Part shown: positions 57,499-64,000 of the stretch, in pieces
How positions within the stretch are numbered: position 1 is the first letter of the stretch
How the letters are laid out: the number at the start of each line of letters is the position of its first letter
IMG/VR virus record: IMGVR_UViG_3300001041_000002
Span: 1 to 64,000 of that record
Source of the DNA: a virus
Length of the DNA stretch: 64,000 bases
Direction: 5' to 3' (one strand)
Notes under the pieces: model-generated
The model's database searches: none
What the model was told of the DNA's origin: nothing
Seen by the model: the letters and a program-made list of their open reading frames with translations, nothing else
Made by a program: the position numbers and the translations under genes

Positions 57499-58312
57499 GC
57501 CCCAGATTAGAACCAAAAATTTCAGTGCTGATGATTTAAAAGCAAGAAATGCTGGTATTGGTGAATTTCCAATGAGAGCTATAGTTAGGTTTGGCAGTAG
57601 GACAACTACTGCTGAAGCCTATCCGAATGCTTACGGAGTCCGACCAATTATTGAAGTAAATACACCAGAGGCTTGTCATAATAGTGGGGATAAAATCCTC
57701 ATGAAAGAATGTTTTGATAGAGCTGGAGTTAAGACTGCAAAATGGAAATTACTTATTTCAACAATAGGCAATATTGATGAATGGGATATCTATCCTGCAA
57801 TAGTAAAGCACAAAAATTCATGTAAGGGTAAGGGAATTTATCTTATTGAAAATAGAGAAGATTTGGTTGAGTTCAATAGGCTTAACAGACTTTCTGATTA
57901 TATCATCGAGCAATATTTACCTTATACTAAGGAGTATAGGCTGCATGTAACTAAAAATGGTTGTTTCTACACTTGCCGTAAAATGCTTAAATCTGATGCA
58001 GAAGAACGCTGGCATCGTCATGACACTAATTCAGTTTGGATCATGGAAGAAAATCAAGCCTTTGATAAGCCGAAGAATTGGGATGATGTAGTCTCTGAAT
58101 GTGTCAAGGCACTGAATGCAGTTGGATTGACAGTAGGTGCTTGTGATATTAAGATTCAGTCTGAGAAGGGTAAGCGTGCTGATTATGTTCCTGATTTTGT
58201 GATACTTGAGATCAACTCAGCACCCAGTTTTGGCACTGTAACATTAGAAAAATATCGTCAAGAATTACCTAAAATTATTAATGACAAAATAGCTAATTAT
58301 GGGAAAGAGTAA
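57485..58312 (+). CDS. ATP-grasp (RimK-like) ligase
   Basis: 'DKILMK', 'YPAIVK...GKGIYL', 'EYRLHV', 'GACD', 'LEINSAP'. Confidence 0.9.
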   Translation: MRLFKPQIRTKNFSADDLKARNAGIGEFPMRAIVRFGSRTTTAEAYPNAYGVRPIIEVNTPEACHNSGDKILMKECFDRAGVKTAKWKLLISTIGNIDEWDIYPAIVKHKNSCKGKGIYLIENREDLVEFNRLNRLSDYIIEQYLPYTKEYRLHVTKNGCFYTCRKMLKSDAEERWHRHDTNSVWIMEENQAFDKPKNWDDVVSECVKALNAVGLTVGACDIKIQSEKGKRADYVPDFVILEINSAPSFGTVTLEKYRQELPKIINDKIANYGKE

Positions 58313-59468
58313 TTTCACTATATGGGAATTAATTAAAGATAAAAATCCAAAATACATGATTCAAGAGTGCATGATGCACATAGCAAATTGCACTTCAGAT
58401 TTTAAAATAATCATACCACATGAATGGCTTAACGACAAATTAATAAAGGAAGATGTTTATAGGTGGCTAGAAATTGGCAATAAGACACTATTCCCAGCCA
58501 AAATAAGGGAAATAACAATTTCAGAGAAAGACACGAAATTGTCTGTAGGAGCTTGTAGAATGAATGGAATTTACTATGGATTAAACGTTGAACCCAGAAA
58601 ACTGAACCAAAGAGAAAAATATAGATCTTCAGATGTTTTAAGTATGCCATTGGGGGCAATAAGATCTTTTAGTGTTTCAATAGAAGAACTAAAGAGTAGT
58701 TCTTATAGAAGCATAGGATTTAATGTTTCATCTAACAGGCTAAAAGTTAGGTCTATTGGTGGATTAATAGACTTAAACAACTCAAGTGATACGTGGGGAG
58801 CACATGTCGATGATTTATGTGTGTATGGTACAGATGAATTACTTAAAGACTATGTACTTAGAACTTATGATGAACTATCGAACAGAGGGTGGAGGGCTCT
58901 TCCTGCATATGAAGTTACTATTGACTGTAAAAATGTCATAAGTAAAACTCATAGGTTATCAATACTATCTTTCTACAGATATTTATATAGTAGCAGGTAT
59001 CCAGATGTTGTATATAATGCATTAAGGTTGGTATCTATTGGTATCGATCCATGGGAGGCACTGTACGCATCATTAAGCAAAATCAATGGTAATTATTATA
59101 ATTATTATTCACTACTTTCTGCTCCAGGATTCAAATCTATAGAAAAAGTTTCCAAAGATCTTAAAATATATGATTCAGTAAACAAATCTTTTTCAATAGA
59201 TCGACATGATAAGCATTTGTATGTAGATTTAAGTGGATCGGAGGAGAATATTATTGAGAATGTTAATAATTTTGTTGAAAAGTCATTAACAGGAGCTAAA
59301 GCAGAAGATAAATTCAGGTTTATATGTATAAATGCATCCAAAACATTGACTAATAATAAAGTTTATACATCGGCGTGTTTATCATATGATAAGAAAAAAA
59401 ATTTTTTGTGTGGTGATGATTATAAATATAGATACTACTCATCAAGTAGATTTAAGCAAGTAAAATAA
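58299..59468 (+). CDS. Hypothetical protein within the amidoligase module
   Basis: 389-aa ORF, 'YRYLY' motif. Confidence 0.6.
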   Translation: MGKSNFTIWELIKDKNPKYMIQECMMHIANCTSDFKIIIPHEWLNDKLIKEDVYRWLEIGNKTLFPAKIREITISEKDTKLSVGACRMNGIYYGLNVEPRKLNQREKYRSSDVLSMPLGAIRSFSVSIEELKSSSYRSIGFNVSSNRLKVRSIGGLIDLNNSSDTWGAHVDDLCVYGTDELLKDYVLRTYDELSNRGWRALPAYEVTIDCKNVISKTHRLSILSFYRYLYSSRYPDVVYNALRLVSIGIDPWEALYASLSKINGNYYNYYSLLSAPGFKSIEKVSKDLKIYDSVNKSFSIDRHDKHLYVDLSGSEENIIENVNNFVEKSLTGAKAEDKFRFICINASKTLTNNKVYTSACLSYDKKKNFLCGDDYKYRYYSSSRFKQVK

Positions 59469-59483
59469 CAAAAGTTTAACAAA

Positions 59484-60332
59484 ATGAATTTAATTAACAT
59501 AAACAACATTACGATTGGATCTGATCCAGAGTTTTTTATTGTTACAAAAGATGGAGAAGCATATCCATCAACGGAGTTATTTAAGGGGACTAAAGAGAAT
59601 CCTGAAGATCAAGGTGGCGGATATGCTTTACTTACTGATAATGTTCTTGTAGAAGGTAATATTCCACCAGCTAATAATGAGGCTGAATATGTTGAATATA
59701 TGATTAATCTTCAGAATATGATCAATAGTGTTCTAGAAATTCGTGGCATGAAACTATTCGCATCAGATTCAATGAAATATAAACCAAGATTTCTTGAGCA
59801 TCCAGAAGCTAACGTTTTTGGCTGTAGTTCATACAAAAACGCTTGGGAGTACGGTTCATTTTCTGCTGAAAATATGAGTCATTTGCCTATTCGGGTAGCT
59901 GGTGATCACCAACATGTAGGATACCAATTACTTACAGATAAATACTCCAAGAAAGAAATGAATCGTTATATCGCAAGAGCTTTCGATTATTTCTGCGTAT
60001 GGCCTTCAAGACAGCACTATAATGATGACTTCAGGGCTAAGTATTACGGGCCATATGGGGTATACAGAGATTGTGACTACGGGCTCGAAGTTAGGGCTCT
60101 AGGTGGTCATTTTACGGCTCCTGAGCATCTGTCTTGGGTATATCAGCAAACTATTAAGGCCGTAGAATTTTGTTCTGTAGAGTCTAATTTGATGCTTTTA
60201 GAACGAGTTAATAATCCGATAACTGAAGATATTGAGTCAACTGAACAATACTACAAAATACTAGGTATTGATTATAAAGAATTATTAATAACCGAAGAAT
60301 TATGCAAGACGAGCTCATTGGTTTCGAAGTAG
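59484..60332 (+). CDS. phiEco32-like COOH-NH2 ligase type 2
   Basis: 'IGSDPEFF', 'GTKENP', 'DNVLVE', 'FGCS', 'GDHQHVG', 'YGLEVRAL'. Confidence 0.88.
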   Translation: MNLININNITIGSDPEFFIVTKDGEAYPSTELFKGTKENPEDQGGGYALLTDNVLVEGNIPPANNEAEYVEYMINLQNMINSVLEIRGMKLFASDSMKYKPRFLEHPEANVFGCSSYKNAWEYGSFSAENMSHLPIRVAGDHQHVGYQLLTDKYSKKEMNRYIARAFDYFCVWPSRQHYNDDFRAKYYGPYGVYRDCDYGLEVRALGGHFTAPEHLSWVYQQTIKAVEFCSVESNLMLLERVNNPITEDIESTEQYYKILGIDYKELLITEELCKTSSLVSK

Positions 60333-60772
60333 CTAAACTAGCTAAGGAAAAAGGATTTAATGAAGAATGTATTTCTGGATATAGAAAGAAAAAAGATTTA
60401 ATGACTATTGATAGAAGTGAAGAATCTTATTTTGCTGGAGCATCAAGGAAATTTAAAAATTCTGAATTAGAATCTTATAATAAAGATTTTCACGATGACT
60501 GGGTTGTTATATATACAGCACCAACGCAATCCCTTCTTCAGAAATGGCTCAGAGAAGTTCATAAAATTTATATTGAAATAAGAAATTACCAAGAATACAA
60601 AAAGGATAATTATGCTCATACCTTAAATTTTACATATGATTCAAATTACAATGATGATAGTGGAAATAAAATTGGGCAGATTATATCTAGAAAGTATTAT
60701 GATTATTACGAGCTTGCTCTTGAAGCTGGACTTTTAGATGCACTAAAATTAATTAAAACTAAAGAATGTTAG
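60302..60772 (+). CDS. Conserved phage hypothetical protein
   Basis: 'FEVAKLAKEKGF...APTQSLLQKWLRE...YE.ALE.GL..AL'. Confidence 0.7.
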   Translation: MQDELIGFEVAKLAKEKGFNEECISGYRKKKDLMTIDRSEESYFAGASRKFKNSELESYNKDFHDDWVVIYTAPTQSLLQKWLREVHKIYIEIRNYQEYKKDNYAHTLNFTYDSNYNDDSGNKIGQIISRKYYDYYELALEAGLLDALKLIKTKEC

Positions 60773-62739
60773 AATTATTCAATTCAATAATATTAATACT
60801 AATAATTCATACGGCTATATATAGAACACTAGGATATAAAACACCTGGAATACTATTTTGTGGCCTTTTTGGATATATCGGAAAGCGTAATAATCATAAT
60901 TTTAACTGGGATAAATTTAATCATCTCGGCTTAGATAATGATGAGCGCGGCGGAGACTCCGTGGGAAGAGCTGTTGGAGATAATATTGTTAAGTTTGTAA
61001 ATAACAATAAAGTTAAGACAACATATCAAGAGTATGTTATAAATCATAAAAATGATGAGCCATCACACATAGCTATTGGACACACCAGAAAGGCTAGCGT
61101 TGGAGTTGTTAATGTTACTAATGCTCAACCCATAGTAATAGATCTTCCAAATAATCAAAAGTTTGTAATGGTTCATAATGGGACTATATATAACTGGGAG
61201 GATTTAGCTAAAAGTCATGGTGTAGAGAGCGAAGGTAAAACTGATAGCATGGTTCTCGCTGAGATAATAGTAAAAGATGGATATGATGTACTTAGAGAAT
61301 ACAATGGAGCTGCAGCTTTAATAATAAAAGACGATAGAGACGCAGATACATTAAAGGTGTTTAAGGGACAGTCAAAAAACTATTCGTCAAAACTTGAAGA
61401 AGAGAGACCATTGTTTTATTATCAAGAGAACGAAACCAGTATGTATATTTCATCAAAAGAAGATGGACTATATTTTATTGGAGGACTTCCAGATAATATC
61501 GTTGACTTCAATTCAAATATGCTATATACAATCTTTGAAGGACAAATAATCAATCAAGAAGAATACGATAGATCTGATTGTTCTTCATGTAGGATATGGC
61601 CTAAAACCAGTAACACGAACTTCTACGGAACAAGATATAGCGCGTACGATGATTATGAAGATTTGAGAGGTCGTAACGAAGCCGTGCCATATACAAATAA
61701 GCCGAACATGAGGAAAGATACTATTCCGACATCAAGTGATGTTAGAAAGATCATTCAGGCTAAGCTTAGGTATTGGTTTTGTAAATCTGGAAGTAGCCCA
61801 TACTATGCAAATGGTATAATAACTCTCGATGAAGAAGGTCAGCTTTGGGGAAAAACCAGTAAATCTCTGGGTAAAGAATATTATTTTTACGCTGGGATAA
61901 TGCTTAAAGACTCCAAATCATATTATGAAGTAAAGGAGAAGTTTGGCAAGGCAAGGCACTTTATAGACAATGATGTTAATATCTCTGAAATGTGTAAGTA
62001 TTCTGTATATCCAGTATGTACGATTGACTCACAATTACCAGCATATGGGAATATTAAAAGTCACGAATACAAGCTTGGTATCAATGGACAAAAACCGTAT
62101 TGGATAACATCTTTCTATACTGGAACAATTGAACCATTATTTTCTTATAAACGATACCACGTGTATTCAGGGGATCTGGCTAGCACTTTTTTTAATAAAG
62201 ATGCAAAGACACCAAACCATTCAATAATTTCAACTCAAACACCGGCACTACAATCAGAGTTTAAGCCAATTGACATAAATTTAAAAGATGGTATTAGTTC
62301 TGATGTTTCAAGAGAACTAGCAGAAAAAGCAGTAAACAGTGCAATTGAAGTTGTAGGGTTTGCTGGGAATAACGATAAGTCCCCATTTAAAACTCCATAC
62401 AAAAAAGCATTAGAGGAGATCTATGAGGATATCGAAGATGCTGATTACGACTTGAAAAATGATTTCCCAGTAGAAGACGACGACACTATTGACGATGATG
62501 ATATCGATGATTATGATGATTGGGAATCATCAGATTATGTCAGTAAAGTAATCAGCCTTGGTATAGATCAAATATTAAAAAGTATCGATGAAGTAATTCA
62601 GGAGATCGAAATGCTTGGTGTTAGTGGAGAAAATGTTAGTAATGCGTTGTCTAACTTTTATAAACTTCAAGATCCATTTATGAATATAAAAGAATTTAAG
62701 AAAAAACCACTTATAATATCTTACGATGATCAATTCTAA
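60766..62739 (+). CDS. Class II (Ntn) glutamine amidotransferase with hydrophobic leader and acidic C-terminal extension
   Basis: 'CGLFG' at residue 32, 'RGGDS.G', 'GHTRKAS', 'HNGTI.N', 'TDS', 'ERPL'. Confidence 0.85.
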   Translation: MLELFNSIILILIIHTAIYRTLGYKTPGILFCGLFGYIGKRNNHNFNWDKFNHLGLDNDERGGDSVGRAVGDNIVKFVNNNKVKTTYQEYVINHKNDEPSHIAIGHTRKASVGVVNVTNAQPIVIDLPNNQKFVMVHNGTIYNWEDLAKSHGVESEGKTDSMVLAEIIVKDGYDVLREYNGAAALIIKDDRDADTLKVFKGQSKNYSSKLEEERPLFYYQENETSMYISSKEDGLYFIGGLPDNIVDFNSNMLYTIFEGQIINQEEYDRSDCSSCRIWPKTSNTNFYGTRYSAYDDYEDLRGRNEAVPYTNKPNMRKDTIPTSSDVRKIIQAKLRYWFCKSGSSPYYANGIITLDEEGQLWGKTSKSLGKEYYFYAGIMLKDSKSYYEVKEKFGKARHFIDNDVNISEMCKYSVYPVCTIDSQLPAYGNIKSHEYKLGINGQKPYWITSFYTGTIEPLFSYKRYHVYSGDLASTFFNKDAKTPNHSIISTQTPALQSEFKPIDINLKDGISSDVSRELAEKAVNSAIEVVGFAGNNDKSPFKTPYKKALEEIYEDIEDADYDLKNDFPVEDDDTIDDDDIDDYDDWESSDYVSKVISLGIDQILKSIDEVIQEIEMLGVSGENVSNALSNFYKLQDPFMNIKEFKKKPLIISYDDQF

Positions 62740-63292
62740 AGATTTTACTGTTACAAGTGTATCTGGAAAGCAACTTCCAAGAAACAGATGTAGATATATA
62801 AAAAAAGAATACTACGAAATAAACGTAGATTGTTTTCTGATGCCAGATAATTGTTGGCACAGGGTCAATAATGGGAAGATAGCTTTTGATAATGAAATCA
62901 AACAGTATGTCATGATCGAAGGCTCTTCTTTAAGAGAGGGTATTATAGGCATTAAAGAAAATGGCGAATTTTTGTTTGGAATGTTTTCTAGTAATCCTGC
63001 TAAAAATACAGAAATAGATAATATTCCATGTATTTCATATGAAATAGCAGAATCTTTAGGAGCGAAAGAAAGGATCGCCACCGGAACATTTTATACTGAA
63101 GAAAAAGCTAAAACTATCGCTGGATTTAATAATAGGGCCATTCTTAAAAAGTATTCCTTTCCACTAGATTATTCTGCTGGGCCAAGGATAAGAATGTTCT
63201 CGGAAGCATATAATCAACTCTATAAACCAAAAGATTACTATGGTTTAAAACCAGTTTTTGGTAAAGAGCTGGGTAATACTACTTTTGGTTAA
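62726..63292 (+). CDS. Probable 5' part of an interrupted amidoligase
   Basis: Ends at 'GNTTFG*', where a 'TFG.E.E' amidoligase motif would begin; module context. Confidence 0.55.
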   Translation: MINSKDFTVTSVSGKQLPRNRCRYIKKEYYEINVDCFLMPDNCWHRVNNGKIAFDNEIKQYVMIEGSSLREGIIGIKENGEFLFGMFSSNPAKNTEIDNIPCISYEIAESLGAKERIATGTFYTEEKAKTIAGFNNRAILKKYSFPLDYSAGPRIRMFSEAYNQLYKPKDYYGLKPVFGKELGNTTFG

Positions 63293-63314
63293 AATAAAAA
63301 ACACTGCAATATAT

Positions 63315-63345
63315 TTTGTTTTCTGGGTTTAATATAGTATCTTTG
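63315..63345 (+). promoter_or_regulatory. Bacteroidota promoter (-33/-7)
   Basis: TTTG-N19-TATCTTTG upstream of the ATG at 63374. Confidence 0.75.
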
Positions 63346-63373
63346 ATACTTATTAATTCATAAACCAGATTAC

Positions 63374-64000
63374 ATGACTTTAAAATTAAAAGAATTACGT
63401 GAATTTACCAATGATGTGTTATTAGATTTTAATGATGGACTTTTAAAAAAGGACATGGCAAAGAAACATAATACATCTATTGACATTATCTCAAAGTTAA
63501 TAACAGAAAACGATCTGTCTTTTGCAAAAAGAAGGCAAATGGTCGACTGGAATCCATTCGAAAATCTGTCAGATCCTAATGTTATGTATTGGCTTGGAAT
63601 ATTGGCTTCAGATGGAGCTATATTTGAAGATAGAGTTACTCTTCAGCTTGCAGAAGTTGATCGTGAGTTGGTAATAAAATACCATAAGTTCTTAAAAGAA
63701 AAGCCAACACTAAGACAAGTTGTCTGGAAGGTTGGTGGAAAAAATTTCAATGGATACATGGTTAGCTTTAGAAATAAAGATGTAGTCGAGTTTCTTGATA
63801 AGTTAGGAATAACTACAAGAAAGTCAAATACAATTAGCATGTCATTCCCAGTAAATTCCCATTTTCTTAGAGGACTAATAGATGGAGATGGAACTTTAGA
63901 GATTAGAAATATTGAAAATAGATTGTTTTCTAGAATAAGATTTGCTACTGCATCTACAGAGATGGCATTAAGTGTAATGAAATTTTATTTGGATAATGAT
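63374..64000 (+). CDS. LAGLIDADG homing endonuclease (3'-truncated)
   Basis: Not in the ORF track. MTLKLKEL...YWLGILASDG...FLRGLIDGDG: two LAGLIDADG motifs. Confidence 0.9.
   Translation, partial: MTLKLKELREFTNDVLLDFNDGLLKKDMAKKHNTSIDIISKLITENDLSFAKRRQMVDWNPFENLSDPNVMYWLGILASDGAIFEDRVTLQLAEVDRELVIKYHKFLKEKPTLRQVVWKVGGKNFNGYMVSFRNKDVVEFLDKLGITTRKSNTISMSFPVNSHFLRGLIDGDGTLEIRNIENRLFSRIRFATASTEMALSVMKFYLDND

Larger units (their letters stand above)
63290..64000 (+). mobile_element. Probable group I intron or homing insertion carrying a LAGLIDADG endonuclease (runs off the window)
   Basis: GGT|TAA junction, internal promoter, LAGLIDADG ORF; the intron core is not visible in the window. Confidence 0.5.

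Noticed and set aside
1-64000. Stop-codon reassignment as in some crAss-like phages
   Set aside because: Core genes are intact under the standard code, TAG and TGA both end genes, and no suppressor tRNA is seen.

Overview
Part of a crAss-like (Crassvirales) phage genome, probably infecting Bacteroidota and using the standard genetic code. The minus-strand block (1 to ~35.5 kb) is the virion and packaging module: muzzle (truncated), ring/tail proteins, auxiliary and major capsid proteins, scaffold, lysis genes, fibre-type proteins, portal and TerL. It is preceded at many points by Bacteroidota-type TAnnTTTG promoters. A ~900-bp non-coding strand-switch region follows (A/T tracts, CCCCGGGG). 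The plus-strand block starts with tiny membrane peptides and a dense RNA cluster: tRNA-Ile(UAU), tRNA-Tyr, a circularly permuted two-piece tmRNA and at least eight stem-closed structured elements. It continues with replication genes (DnaB-like helicase, AAA ATPase, SSB-like protein, primase) and a phiEco32-type amidoligase/ATP-grasp/glutamine-amidotransferase module, whose last gene is interrupted by a LAGLIDADG-carrying insertion. The most notable observations are the permuted tmRNA, the ncRNA cluster (including a two-copy covarying motif and a U-rich antisense-like loop), four fibre or depolymerase proteins with Sec-type signal peptides, a ~270-nt structured RNA upstream of a DUF559 nuclease, and the peptide-ligase module. 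All calls come from reading motifs and gene order by eye; no searches were run.
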